64,000 nt of DNA from contig NC_068988.1 in NCBI RefSeq assembly GCF_001194135.2, positions 45,911,674 through 45,975,673 on the forward strand, given 5' to 3'. The position numbers were made by a program, and so were the translations under genes. Shown piece after piece: positions 1 through 13,169 of the stretch (position 1 is its first letter; each line of letters starts with the position of its first letter). Source of the DNA: Octopus bimaculoides. Taxonomy: Eukaryota. A model generated the notes under the pieces. That model was not told the DNA's origin. It searched no databases and worked only from the letters and a program-made list of their open reading frames with translations.

Positions 1-144
1 ATATTCTCGATTCATCGTATGTTATTCAAAATGGCCGCTCTCCCTCTGATCATCAAATGCGCATGTCCTTTATATCAAGGGAAGTCACTCAAATCATAGC
101 ACAATTTGCTTAACATTAATTTGCATAACATTCACTCCCTCCTC
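1..144 (-). mobile_element. Start of the 3' LTR (runs off window) and polypurine tract of a Ty3/Gypsy element
   Basis: Minus strand, just after the integrase stop: purine tract GAGGAGGGAGTGAA (144-131), then TGTTATGCAA starting at 130 (canonical TG LTR start). Confidence 0.75.
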
Positions 145-171
145 AAATAATTTAAAACATTAAAAAAAATT

Positions 172-2025
172 TTATAGATCAAGCCTTTCCGGGGTTTTCC
201 GAATTCTTTGAGATCGACGCAGTTGAGGGGATTCAGTTAGATATCTGTCTGACTCTTGAGGGACCACAAATTTCTGGGTTAAGTCATCAGTTGGGTTAAT
301 TTTTCTTGGTGATGTCAAGTGTTTCGTAGATACTGTGGTTTCGCGACCGTCTAGGTAACAAATGTGAGCGTATTGGGGGTTGGGTTCGATTAAATCAATT
401 TGGTCAACGATAGGGTCATACTTGCTAGTGCGATTGTTTCTTTGCACAAGCACAGGTCCTGGGTTGAGAAGTCATGATGGCATAGATGTTCCCGTAGCTT
501 AACGTCTAAGATAGTTAAAGATACGTTCATGAAGAGTGGCGCTGATGGACGTACAAAGTAGAGATCTAATTGAATGCAGTGCGTCTGGAAGAAATGTTTC
601 CCATGAATATACTGGAAGGGCATGAGTTTTCAAGGAGAGTAGTACTGATTTCCAAATAATAACATTCTATCTTTCTACTTGTCTGTTCCCGGTGGGATTG
701 TACGGTGTTTCCCTACTTGTTGCAATGCCCTTACTAAGGAGCCATTCTCTTAATTTTGTAGATATAAAGTCAGTTCCATGACCGGAATGTACATACTTGG
801 GGATACCGAAAACTGAAAACTAGTCTGTAAAACGTCTTATTACAGTTTGAGCTGATGTGTCAGATACTGGATGACCAAATGGAAACCGAGAGTATTCGCC
901 AACGATTGTTAGAACATAAGGATGCTTCATGGAAGGAATCGGGCCTTTAAAATCGATTGAAATTCGCTTGAATGGCTGCGTGGCCTTAATTAAGTTAACT
1001 AAATTTGGTTTATAATATTTTGGCTTCATTTCTTGACATATAGAGCAATTCCTATAAATTTGTTTCAAGTTCTCCAACGAGCATGGAAGATTTCTACTGC
1101 GGACGAAATAGTGAAGGCGTATTACACCAGAATGGTACAGTGCTGCATGTAACACACAAAGTGAATGTGAACTGATTGCTAAACAGTGTACCTTAGTGAA
1201 TGCATCTGGAGTGATGTTGCTGGATCCTGGGTGATAGTGAATATCATATGAGTATGGAGATGACGCAATGCGCCATCTCATAATTTTATCATTTTTAATT
1301 TTGCTCGTCTCTTTATAATTATACATGAATGTAATAGAACGTTAATAAGTAATTAATGTGAAATGTCTACCTAGAAGAAAGTTTCTCCAATGATGAATTG
1401 ATTCGATAATTACATGGGCTTCCTTTTCAACAGAGGAGTGGTACTGTTCGCTACCTTGTAACATGCGAGAATGGAATGCGACTGGTCTTCCATCTTGATT
1501 TAGTGTTGCAGATATAGCAAAATCCGACGCATCCGTCTCAACAGTAAATGGAATATTCTCGTCTACTATTTAAATGGCAGCATTAGCTAGTTCTATCTTC
1601 AATGACTCAAATGATTTTACTTGTTGGCTGCTTAGAAGAAATTTCGATACGTTATTGAGAGGATATATTTTGTCAGAAAATTTGGAGACACACTTAGCAT
1701 AAGAAAACATAGCGACTATTCGTTTTAAGGATTCCTGGTCGGTTGGTGTAAGAAAAATGAGGAGTGGAACAAGCCATTCTGAGTCAAGACTGAGGGTATT
1801 GTGCGAGATACGGTATACAAGAGAGTCATGAATTGTCGAGTAAACGCATTTTTCTTCATTCATGGTGAGACCCTCACTTTTTGCTGCTATTTCAAATTTT
1901 TCTAAGTTCTTATCGTGGTCATTTTGATCTTTCCTACATATAGTTAGATTGTCAATGAATGTGAACGTATCTCGCAGCTTGTATTTACTCACAGAGTCAT
2001 CCATAATACGTTGGAAACATGCACT
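172..2025 (-). mobile_element. Ty3/Gypsy pol remnant (RT C-half, RNase H, integrase), frameshifted and 5'-truncated
   Basis: ACFQRIMDD and FIDN (YxDD position) in 1570-2025; PFTVETDASD and EKEA RNase H motifs near 1400-1570; HHCC region LHAALYHSG...CSICQE, IDFKGP and YSRFPF in ORF 820-1326; C-terminal RRSQRIRKTPERLDL. Confidence 0.93.
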
Positions 2026-2028
2026 GCT

Positions 2029-2477
2029 TTATTTTTTAATTACTATATAGATTCTAAAAGGGGATTTGTGATTACTTAGCCTGGCCTTAAAGTTCATCGC
2101 CCCGTCACATTTGTCTATGTGCCATTCCATTGGCATTAGTGGACACAACACTACTTCTGCTTCGTAGACTTCGGTTTCGGTGTTGACTTGACCGTTCACT
2201 GGGCACTCACCGTAACCCACACGTGAGTGTCCTGCCTCTGTCTTCTGATTTAGACTACAAACCAAACGAAAGGGTGTGCACATCAACAGAGCCTCCTTTG
2301 ATCCGTCTATAGTGTCTAAAAACTTGTAAAGAGCGTCAGTAGGAGAATCTCGAACCTAACATTCAATAAAGATGTCTTCGGCACAACAGTCCTCTTTATA
2401 GAAGCCAGCAATTTGGAAGAATGCATCATTTATATACCCACTTATAAGAGCTCCAAAATAAAGCACCGCCAAAATGT
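2029..2477 (-). pseudogene. Orphan exon-like reading frame (about 148 codons) with one in-frame TAG; product unknown
   Basis: After a candidate acceptor (atatttag, exon start 2477) the frame reads DILAVLYFGALISGYINDAFFQIAGFYKEDCCAEDIFIEC*VRDSPTDALYKFLDTIDGSKEALLMCTPF... to TAA at 2029. The only stop is at 2356-2358. GC and CpG are higher than in the flanks. Confidence 0.35.
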
Positions 2478-4499
2478 CTAAATATATTATAACATACTTT
2501 CATGGTATTAAAGACTTTTCCACCATTTTGCTGATACCAACATGCACACACATGCATATACTTTTGCAGCTATTCACTATGGTGATAGCCTAATTAATGA
2601 CTGATTTATATAGAAGCTGAATATTCTCTACTATTCATTGGAGAAAAAACTGAGTGCATTTTTTCTGAGGTGCAGGCAGCCAGCTATGAAACAGCTTGTC
2701 AAAAGACCTCCCACTTTTTCTAATACGTGGCAAAAATAGAAGGAAAATTTTGTATTCTTTTATTTCTCTCAGCTAAACTTTCTAATATTTAATTATATAT
2801 AAGGAGACAAAAGGCGTTGCGTTCTATGTTCGACATCACCTTTCATCGATAAAATAGGTATCATTTGAACATTGGGATCGATATAATCGACTTACCCCTC
2901 CTCCGAAATTGTTGGCTTTACGTCGAAATTTGAAACCAATATTTAATTTTACACACACATGCACGCGCTCGTCTCAGTAACAAAGAGTACTCCTTTTAGA
3001 TCTTGCAGTAAATATAAATATAGCGTCAATTGGGCATAATATTTTGCAGAGTGACTTGAACATATATTTCTTTAATATGTGAGGTATTGCTAAAATGTAT
3101 TTCTTCGTATGTAATTTCTTTTTCATTCTATGTAATCTGTTTCCCTCTCTGTGATACGTCAGAACAGTGTAAAAGTATAAGACATCTAAGTGGTGAGGGA
3201 TTAGGCTTGGTTAGTTTGGCAGTGAAGGATTAGCGTTACAGCTTTGCTACTTGACAGGTACATCACATCATGTCTACATAAATCTAACAATGCCTGATGA
3301 AAACCAATCACTGCTGAGTAGAGTGAGTTAATACTAAGCTAAAGTGTGCGACGAATTATGATGACAGTGATGAGAAAGACGATTAAACTGGATAAAAAGA
3401 AACATTATGTTGATAATGACAAAGATTACAATAACTATTTTTACAACGACTCTATCAGTCAAGATGGTCAGCACCTATCACCCGCAATGCTCTTTCGTCA
3501 CTGACACATAAAAAAGAAACTGGTTTTAATCGTACACTGTCCACCTACAAGTAAATGGAAGAACTAGTGATGAAAATATGTACATTATTGTCAAGAATGG
3601 GAAACAAGAAAACCTGATAACCCAGTCTTTATTGATGTAAAAAGATAAGACCAATACCAGCTCTAAAATGGGCATCTCTATTTCTAGCTCGACAATTCAT
3701 ACTTCTTTTCATATTTTCTATAACTTTCTCCAGCCGTCACCTTCATAACACCAACTAAGAAATTCAACGACTTGTAATTTACTGGCATACAAGAAATTTA
3801 TAGTTTTATGTGCTTGCATATCAAAGGGTAAATCTGTTATCTGGCAAAATTTGGAAATATTTTATGACAAATCTTGTGACAGGTTACAACACTGTAACAC
3901 CCACTTGTCTTCCTGTCTGTTCTACATTTATTCTCCACTTTCCTCTCTTCTAAGAGTGAGCTTGTCCACTCTCCTTATAACTATTTTTTTTTTGCTTTTA
4001 GTTAAATTAAGATATTGTGTCAAAATTTGAGTCAAAAATAGATTTAAGCAATCAAAGTAATTGTCAAGATTTGCTAATAGATCGTTTCAGCTTTAGAAAC
4101 AGGGTTAAAAATAAATGATTGCCACAACTAATTCTCTCATTCCTCCAAATGCAGCTACTAATAAATATTACTACTGCAACATCCCCCGTGAGATATCCCA
4201 TGAGAGCTGGATTATAAGAGTCTTGATCTGGAGCTATTGTCCCTATTATGACAGTGGTCTATGACAGCGATAGTCTAAATGCACTATAGAGTAGCAAATA
4301 AGTATAACTCGCTGTTGTTTATGCAAATGAAACCAATGTAATAAGTACCATAAAGTAAGCACTGTGGTCGATTTGATTCACCGACCCTAAAAGGTGATGC
4401 TCTAGTACAAGCGAAACAAGTAACAGAATAAAACAATGATACTAATACTACAACTTCAAATAATAATGATGAAATCTCCCGTAGAAGACGACGAATGAG

Positions 4500-4760
4500 T
4501 ATTCGGTTTTTTGTTGAACGACCTGCACAAATGATTTGTTTATAGTGAACAAATGTATGTGTCGTACATTAGCGCAATCCTTCTATCAAATCGAGGTTGT
4601 CTGAATAGGTTCACGGTGCACCACGCGTCGGGTGTCGAAGTGATCACTGAGCAATGTGAGATGAAGTGTTTTCTCAAGAACACAAAGCACCACTCGGTCT
4701 AGGAATTGAAACCACGATCTCATGATCGTTAGTGCAACAGCCAAACCACAAGTCCATGTT
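4500..4760 (-). mobile_element. tRNA-derived SINE, family C (GTGTCCTTGAGCAAGACAC-type core)
   Basis: Reverse complement shows a tRNA-like head (B box GGTTTCAATTCC) then GTGTTCTTGAGAAAACACTTCAT, shared with the copies at 20767 and 30585. Confidence 0.7.
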
Positions 4761-6200
4761 GGTAATCAACCATATATTTTATTTAAAAAAAATAACATGG
4801 AAAGGAAGTGTCAAACTACTGATGAATCACCCTCGGTAGACAATAATAGATCTAGAAAAGAAATGCAGGAATTCACCATGCTATAAATCTGGAAGTACAG
4901 AGAGCTGTAGTGTAATAGTTCAATCGGAAACAACCTCTTAGCAATTGTTTAAAATATGCAACAGAATACACGACCAAACCCCCAAGATTTCTGATATACA
5001 CTACATGCAGAAAACTACACTACGAGACTCATCTCACATAAATAGAGTACTTTACAACGGACAGGGCTTTCTTTGGTTGCTATTTTGAAGGCAGACTAAA
5101 TGCTTTTTGAAGAGTAAATTTGTTATTTGCTTCTTTGCTTGTTCTTAAGCAAATTTCTCAAGTAAGATGATAAATTCTTTTGTGACACACTGCTCTCACA
5201 CCGCCACTGATTGGATTCGATCTATATCCAGAAATCTACTTGTGATAAGTAATGTTGCCAAAAACTGTGCTTCTATGAAAGTAATTTTATATTTTAGTTT
5301 TGCAAAATGTATGTATGTCTGTTATTGTTGATGTTTTTAAACTTATTGCTTGCATTGTTTACGACAGTGCCATTGTCCGTTGAAATGTTATTAATTTATA
5401 AGTGTGTGTGTGTGTGTGTCAGTGAGTGCGTATGTGTTATGTTACTGTAAAATATTTTTGTATGATTTCGTTTTTTTCTGTTTATTTTCTTTCTAGTTGT
5501 CTTCAGCTTCATTTTTTTTTAAAGAATACTGTTTCTATGTCTCATGGCTATTTTGATTAATATGTACGAGAAAAATTTATAAAGAAATAATTTTTGTTCC
5601 CGTCCCCACTCCAATACAGGGACAAAATTACAGGAATATCATTTTATGTTGCAGGTCTACAATATGACGGAGAAAAAGACATCGAATTGTCATAAAAATT
5701 TCGTAAATTGTAAATCCAAGCAAGAGCCCTAACATGTCTTGTTATGGCGATTTACAACAACAATGACGGCAATAACAACAAAACAACCATAATAATTACT
5801 GTTTCTGATTAGGTATAATGATAGTTATTTTGAGGGAAGGATATTAGTCGGTACCATTGGGTCATCGTTTCTAACGGAAACGCGAGAAGAGTGATGTGAA
5901 GAGTTAGTAATTAGATCAATCGTAGAAGAGTAATACCTCAGCTAGCATTCTAGATTCGTTCTTAAAAACACAGCGTTAAGCAGGACCATTATGATAAAGT
6001 AAAAATAGAGATACAATTTTAGCAGGCAAATTTAACAGTGATATATACACAAGTAAAGATGTTAATGATCACAAATGACTGAAAAATATAGAAACTTGCT
6101 GTCGCACAGTCCAAACATTGCGTAATTTTAGTCTTCTCTCATGAAGTAACTCGCAGTAGCAAAATATGTTCAGAAGTCTCTGAGGTACTACAGCAGTCGC

Positions 6201-6720
6201 CAGTGGCGGCTGGTAGGTAAAATTAGTTGGGGTGCTGCTTCAGAAAATTTTTAGCCGTTGTTTTAATATTGTGTAAAAGGAAACGAACATATAAAAAGAA
6301 AATTTTATACATCAACTTGATCGGTTCGCGTTTTAGCCATTGCTAAGTAGTGTGTTTAATTTGTTCACTGAACACCACCGCGAATTTCCACCTATTTTTC
6401 AAAAATCCCCCCTAAATCACAAAATAAGGGGGGGGGGATCTGCCCTATTTTTCAAACCTGGTGGCAACATTGTAGCTGGAAGCAGGATAATAATCTGATT
6501 CTACACTTTATTACATTCAAGAATATAAACATGTTTTTAAGCACAACAAACACGGAGTCAAAAAGAAACAAGACCTTTCACCAGCACACCAGGGTCGGCA
6601 CTGCGTGAACGACAGTGCTCTCCCTCCCTAGTGTGCAGCTTCCTATCTCGGACATATGAGCATGCGCACAATAGCCAAACACCGTGTCACTGGAACTGTG
6701 AAGCGCACAGCTCTATACAT
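6201..6720. mobile_element. Possible non-autonomous DNA transposon (hAT-like) remnant
   Basis: Starts CAGTGGCGGCTGG (hAT-like terminus) with GC-rich subterminal-like sequence; no matching second TIR found. Confidence 0.25.
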
Positions 6721-7203
6721 GAATTTTTGTATTTTTTAATAAACTACGGGATGGCTACTGACATTAAGCTTAAGGATTATATAATGTACAAGTATAAATA
6801 AAGAATTAATGAAAAAGGAACTCATTATATTGAATGTTACGCGATTGATTTTAAGATCACAAATAGATGCAGTTTTGATATTCCGTCATTGGCCGCAGTA
6901 TTTCACAATAATAAATATGCATTGGCTTCATCTTGTCAGCTCGGGGCTTTTTAAAGTATAATTACGAAGTAACAGTGTGAAACAGTCTTTTCTTCGCCTT
7001 GACCCCAGAAGCCTTTTTGACTTCTCAGGCCATAAAAGTAATGAAAAATAGTTTTTTACAGAAAAGTTATATGCCATAATCAAGAATACTCTTAAGATTC
7101 TTTGGATATTGTTTGGCTGCCTAGATATCTGTGTTTGCAGCTCCATATATAGATATAACTATTTGAACGTTTGAATCTACAAAGCCAACCGGTCTTGTTG
7201 TGA

Positions 7204-7204
<1 letters not shown>

Positions 7205-7252
<48 letters not shown>
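7205..7252. repeat. (ATT)n microsatellite
   Basis: About 16 perfect ATT units. Confidence 0.95.
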
Positions 7253-7530
7253 TAGGAATTGCAACGTGCTCCTGTAATCCAGTTAATCGGAGGTTTGGTT
7301 GGTAGGTCAATTTGAGAATGGGAATCCTAGCAATCAGTCTTCTATGGTAATCAGCTTCCACGCTAGACTCGGCATCAGTATGGTGCTGACGAGGGAGCTC
7401 ATCAGGACCATGTTGTCTAAGGAGGTTCAATCCGACTTAGAGTGGGAACGCAGCAGACAAAACACCCCGTATTGAGAGATAGTGGGACAGCACCTGTCAA
7501 TAGTCGTCGCCTGCCAACCTGTTCTTTCTA
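7253..7530 (-). mobile_element. Probable 3' end of a non-LTR retroposon with a (TAA)n tail
   Basis: GC-richer block that ends, on the minus strand, exactly at the (ATA)n tract; no protein motif recognised. Confidence 0.35.
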
Positions 7531-7554
7531 AACGAATTCTAATTTCTAACTCTC

Positions 7555-7745
7555 AAAGGTAGCGAATAGGCAGAATTGCTAGAGCACCGGACAAAAGTCT
7601 TAGTGGCATTTCTTCCGGGTTTATGTTCTGAATTTAAATGCTATCCAGGTCGACTTTGCTTTTCATCCATTCAGATTCGATAAACTAAGTACCAGTTGAG
7701 TGCTGGAGTCGATGTAATCGTGTGATCTCTTCCACAATGTTTCAG
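7555..7745 (+). mobile_element. tRNA-derived SINE, family A
   Basis: GGTCGACTTTGCTTTTCATCCATT...GATAAACTAAGTACCAG core shared with more than 10 copies in the window. Confidence 0.8.
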
Positions 7746-7809
7746 ACCTTGCGCCTATAGGGAAAAGAATTATTATGATTATAGTAATTAGTGCTATTGT
7801 TGTTTTCCA

Positions 7810-8010
7810 AATATTTACTCTTTGAACAAATCACTTTTGCTGAAAATAGTGGAGTTACAGAGAAGAAACTTATATTTTGCCTTCATTTTTCATGATGCTT
7901 CTAATCTTTGATATGCCAAGATTTACTCTCATACGCCTAACACTCACCAGGTTCCATTTGCTGCAACACTTGCAATTTTGAATCCAGTGTGATGTTTTAC
8001 CTCGGTTCCT
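7810..8010 (-). mobile_element. Tigger/pogo transposase N-terminal (HTH-psq) fragment
   Basis: Minus frame EPR*NITLDSKLQVLQQMEPGE...SVTPLFSAKVI resembles the Tigger/CENP-B N-terminus (ITLExKLxVLxxxExGE...TPLSAKVI); several stops. Confidence 0.5.
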
Positions 8011-9189
8011 AAGGTGAACTTTCAGCACTTAAGAGTTGCAGACCATTTTCCATTCGGGATGTGAAAAAAAATGCGAACAATTTGATTGTATGTGAGAATA
8101 TTCATGAGTGTGAATAAGTGTCTTAGATTCCTTCATAATTTCATTTTCTAGAAAAAAGACATCCACTTTCATTTTCATGAAACAGCAATCAGCTAGGCAA
8201 GAAGGAAAGTATTCCTGTTAGTAGTCTTTTTTATCTTCTATACTTTTATGCTTCGACAAATTTTCTGTAACTACAACAACTGTTCTCACTTCACATTTAA
8301 ACAACATTCATCATCGAACAAAACTGAAGTCTTGAAGCAACAAATTATAGAATGAGACGGCACATGTAAAGAATGAGAAAAAGAAAAAAGAGAGAGAATG
8401 ATAGAAAAAGGTGCCGAGGAAAAGCGTCACGCGGATGTAAAACAGATAAAATATTTGTAGTTGCCAAAAATTTGTAGAACTGTAAAAAGATAAAATCGAC
8501 AAGACGAAACTGGAATACTTTTCTTGTCTTATTAATTCTTGCCGCGTGGAAGTGAAAGCAAAATGACTTTCTTCCGAAAATAAAAATAATGAAGGAACGT
8601 TAGGAACTATGAGTCACATTCATAAATACTCTTACCAGTAGTATTAATACATTTATTTTTACCAATCATAAGCAAAAAACGGCCTCTGGTCTCTAAATGT
8701 TGAAAGCTGGACAAAGGATCCGGGGAAAAAACAAATTACATGAAGCTGGAGAACGTCAAACGTAGTTGTTAAACTTAGCAGATCAGTGATTTGTATGATA
8801 ATAAAAAAAGGAAAACAAAATAAAAGCTTTTGTCATGACAACCTCGTTGTTGTCTACCTATCAAAGAGAAATCTAGCAAATACTCAAAGAAGTCATGGAT
8901 GTTGAACTGATTAACTGCGACGACTAAGAGAGGTAAATACGACGAAATAACTTGAATGGAGAATCCCAGAAAAGAATACCATGAAGAACTTCGAGAAAAG
9001 AACCCATTAAGAGATAAAATGACATGAACAAAAATAGCTGCCTAAAACAAGAAACGTTCAAGCAAAAGCATAACACCAGAGACGTTTTGGTGCTTCAGAT
9101 ACGATGTCAAAAGGAATTTTAAGGTTTTTCTCTCAAATACCCTCCATCGGCTATTTAGCTATTTATCGTAAAAGGCTCTAAAATAATCT

Positions 9190-9375
9190 TTTCTACTCTA
9201 GCCACATGGCCTGAAATTTGGCGTGGGGGCAGGCGACTAGATCGACCCCAGTATATAAATGGTGCTTAATTTGTCGACCGAAAGGATGAAAAGCAAAATC
9301 GACCTCGGCAGAATTTGAACTCAGAATGTAAAGACAGACGGAATACCACTAAGCATTCGCCTGGCGTGCTTAATA
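9190..9375 (-). mobile_element. tRNA-derived SINE, family A
   Basis: GAAAGGATGAAAAGCAAAATCGACCTCGGCAGAATTTGAACTCAGAA is the reverse complement of the family A core and B box. Confidence 0.85.
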
Positions 9376-9589
9376 AATAAGGTAATTTAACAGTAATCTA
9401 TGAAATATCTTACAAGACCTACACCCTAAAGAAAATTGCTGGTTGTGATGGTCAAAAACTGTAACTGCAATTAGGGCAACTTTTATATTAAATAGTGGAT
9501 TATACTAATGAACACAACGAGGTTTATTATTCCTAATTCTATGCTCGTAATTGGTAGAATACACCTTTGCCTTACATTATTTACACTGG

Positions 9590-9850
9590 ACAGTTAGGTG
9601 TCCTCATCCTTTTTGTTGTTATCATGCCCCAGCTGATGTACTCTCCTGCCTTCATCAGGTGTTCTGGTGGAATTTCGAACCCAGCCCTTTATTTGACTAA
9701 TGGGGTATACTGTTTTCATTCCTAAAATATGTTGCTGATGTTATTTTTCTGTTGATATTATTTTTCCAGTCCCTGCCTGGGATTGAAATTGAACTTAGAA
9801 TCCGAAGGTTAGTAGCCCACACTCTTATCCATTATACTATATACCCATGG
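9590..9850 (-). mobile_element. tRNA-headed SINE (family D) with a decayed hammerhead-like tail
   Basis: Minus strand: tRNA-like head CATGGGTATATAGTATAATGGATAAGAGTG...CTAAGTTCAAT..CCCAGG; tail CACCTGATGAAGGCAGGAGAGTACATCAGC. Confidence 0.6.
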
Positions 9851-10204
9851 GCATAACTGCAGGCTATTAACCCTCTGATTCTAAGTTCAATCCCAAGAAT
9901 CCCCTGGATTGATAATGTGGGCAAAATGTCAGTAAAGTTCTCTGCAGAAACAAATGCATCAGGCTAACAAAACATTTAGTGATTGGTATTGAACTCCAGC
10001 TAATCTGAAGTCGAAATCCAAAGAAGAAATTCCTCACCAGTCGAATTTATAAATCAGTGATTGCATTATTGAGTTAATATGGTATGTTTTTTTACAGAGT
10101 GATGTATACAAAATAGGCATAAGTAAAGGGCTTTTTCTGATTCTCTAACTGTTCTGCCAATCCACAGCTCTAAACCTATGTTTTAAAATAGACATATGTC
10201 TAGC

Positions 10205-10395
10205 AATTTGGCAGGAAGGGGCTAACCAATTACATCAACTCTAGTACTTGACTGTTACTCTGAAAGTATCTCTACGGGATCTGAACTCAGAATGTAAAGC
10301 TGCAAAAGAAATGCAGTAAGTCAACAATTGTTAGATTCGCTAGAGTACTGGATGAAAGCCATTTCATCCAGTACTCTAAAGAATCTGCCAATTAC
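10205..10395 (-). mobile_element. Degenerate family A SINE
   Basis: TCTGAACTCAGAATGTAAAG...GAATCTGCCAATT similar to other family A copies. Confidence 0.55.
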
Positions 10396-11689
10396 TGGTT
10401 ATTTATGATATTTCAGTCAGAAATTGATGAATTTGCAGTCTGCTAAATTTTAAATTTATACATATTTCTAATAAGAAAGCATGAAGTTTGGAGTCATATA
10501 TAACACTTTTAATGCACCACTATTCTCTCTTAATGATGACAGTTACAGACGTTTTGTTTTGTAAGCACAACTTAAAGAAACAAGACACAAGCATTTTGAT
10601 TCAATTACAGTTTTTGTTTGTACCTATGGGAGTTAGGACAGGTGAATTTAAAGGTCTGGTTTAGTTCATGTTGAACTATCAAAAATGTTCACAAACATTT
10701 ATTCAATCTACCTCTTAATTAGAAATTCTTACAATTTTCCAGATAAGAACCATATACACCATGTCTTAAATTAGGAGATGATATGCAATATAGTTATGAC
10801 TAGGATCGTAATTAAGTGACAAATACAGACTTAATAGTGGATGTAACATTTTTATCTCATCTAAAAAAAAGTAAAACTCACAGTAGTTTGTTCAGAGATT
10901 ACATCACTTGCTACTATTTGTTGCGTTTTTGTTGCAGCTAGTTACAAAATATATGTAAAAACTTCCTAAGCTGGATATTCCAGCAATACAGTACCCAAGA
11001 TAGTCTTTACCTGAGAGAAAAATATGAAAATTGAACTTGAGACGATTGTTTCTTCCTTGGGTCTGTAACCTGAGATTCTTTGCATGTGGAAATGTAAAAG
11101 AGATTGTGAGATTTGTCTTCATCTACATTATCAATATAACTAAAGAACTGACATTGTTTCAATATTTGTTGGAACAATGTTGCAATCACAGTTCATTGCC
11201 TTACAGCGCCCACTTAAAACAACCACAACAACATCAATAATGATGATAATAATAATAATAATGATGAATAAGGTGATTATGATGACAATGAAAGCTTATT
11301 TCATTTCATTGAATAGTTAACCAAAATGCTTCAAGCACATTGCCGATAAACTTTTCAAACTGATTAATATAGAACAATCATGGTATTAGACACTGTTCTG
11401 GTTTGATTGCAGTCGAAGTTTGAAGGTTTAGTCAGCTTAATTAAACTCCTTACTGTAATAGCTACTAACTGGATAGCTTGCAAAATCTGCCTTGGGGCAG
11501 AAACCTGGTGTAATGAAACTGAACTAAGAGTTTCTTTCAGTCTAACCAACTCCATTAATCATGCTCAAAATTGTTTTATTTTTAAACGATTTAATTATGC
11601 TATTGTTTAATATCAGATTCTGTGGAATAGAATTTCCACATTTTGCCCAAAATTCATTGCAGCATATTATTATCAATGTTTTGTAGTGA

Positions 11690-12020
11690 TGTATGCATGT
11701 GTATGTACATGTGTATATACATACATACATACATGCATATATATATATATACATATATACATATAGATATGTATATATGTTTATATATATATGCATACAA
11801 ACATATGCAACATTATTATTACACACACACACATGCATACGTATATATTGCTTCTATGTTATTACACTACACACACACACACACACACACACACACTCAT
11901 ACAAATATACACATCTGCATACATGTATGTAAATGTGTATGTGTGCATCTATATGCGTCTGCAGAAATTGTATAGGCATACACAATTCACACATATGTAG
12001 GTATGCACATGCACATGTGT
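11690..12020. repeat. Compound TA/CA/TACA microsatellite
   Basis: Low-complexity purine-pyrimidine alternation; source of spurious ORFs. Confidence 0.9.
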
Positions 12021-13169
12021 CTGTTATCAATGTTTATTAAATTGAAAGCCAATAAGAGGAAATAGTGATGAAGATATAAATTTGCAGAAAGAGATTTAGA
12101 ATTAGATATGCTGTTACCTATTCAGCATATATTTTAGTTAAGCTTAAAATGTATTTATTAAATCATACACTGTGGGTAGAGGAAGGTACAGTGTTCAAGT
12201 CTTCCAGGGGAATTATTGTATCAATTTTTATATTACATGATTGTAATATTAAGTGATCGCAACTATTCTGAGATACGTTCAGTCTAATCTATGTCTATAC
12301 ATGGAACAGAATTATTATATTGAAGTAACTTGATATACCTCATAAAAACTTCCTCATGCACATTTGTGATTTAAGTGACTAGAACAACTAACATTTGATA
12401 TTATATTATAGACTGTACTCTCCTCTTTCCAATTTTTACTTGTCTATGCTTGATTTTAATCTATGTCTCTTTCCTTATTCTTCTCTGTTCTATCAAGAGA
12501 GTTCTTTGATAAGATGTGATGAGTCGCTGTTTTTCAACTATGAGGAAGCAGCCAAATTGATTGAAAAAATTAACTGCTTCAAAACTAATTTGTAAATGGC
12601 TAAGCATTCTACAAATCTAAGCGTTCTACAGATTTGTGCAAGCTTAATGGTTCTTAAGCTGAATCAGCATTACACTGTGTTTGACAAAACTATATTTATA
12701 AATTACAGGTACAATCCACCTGACAACTTCTATATGGTTTCTATCTATCCATATTCACTCAAGATGTGGGTCAACTAGAGACTATAGAAAATCACTTTTA
12801 CCCAAGATATCTCAGGGTGGAATCAAATTTGGTATCTCATAGCTGTGAAGCATATTTCTTAGTTATTCAGCCATGCAATGCCTACAATACGATTTAAATG
12901 CTATCTAAAAGTAATTCTGTTTCTATAATTTTGGGTTAATGGATGACAAAATTCTTTATCCAATTTTTTGATTTTTTCCCATATATTTCGTTTCTAATAC
13001 TTGTCCTCCAAGAAATATTATGTTGAATCCTTGCTATATTTGACATTAAAATGTTTTCGCTTAAATACATTTTAGCTCATCTTAACAGTGATGCCTTTTA
13101 CTAAAACTAAAACTAAATCTAAAATAAATCTGCTTTGCTATCACTCACCATTGGCACCAGAAAGAAGAA

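Noticed and set aside
7386-7405. Hairpin CTGACGAG-GGAG-CTCATCAG containing CTGATGAG
   Set aside because: No GAAA or stem II/III arrangement; not a hammerhead.
8310-9150. Purine-rich, coding-like stretch
   Set aside because: Stops in all frames and no motif I can assign; possibly an old TE.
10904-11555. Short ORFs with acceptor- and donor-like sites (KDYLGYCIAG..., KETLSSV...)
   Set aside because: Several frames are equally plausible, with no homology or consistent phase chain.
11542-12000. Many overlapping ORFs rich in Y/I/H/T/V/C (also at 20.8-21.3, 39.1, 44.7, 46.6-47.4 and 49.2 kb)
   Set aside because: Translations of TA/CA microsatellites, which lack stops by construction.
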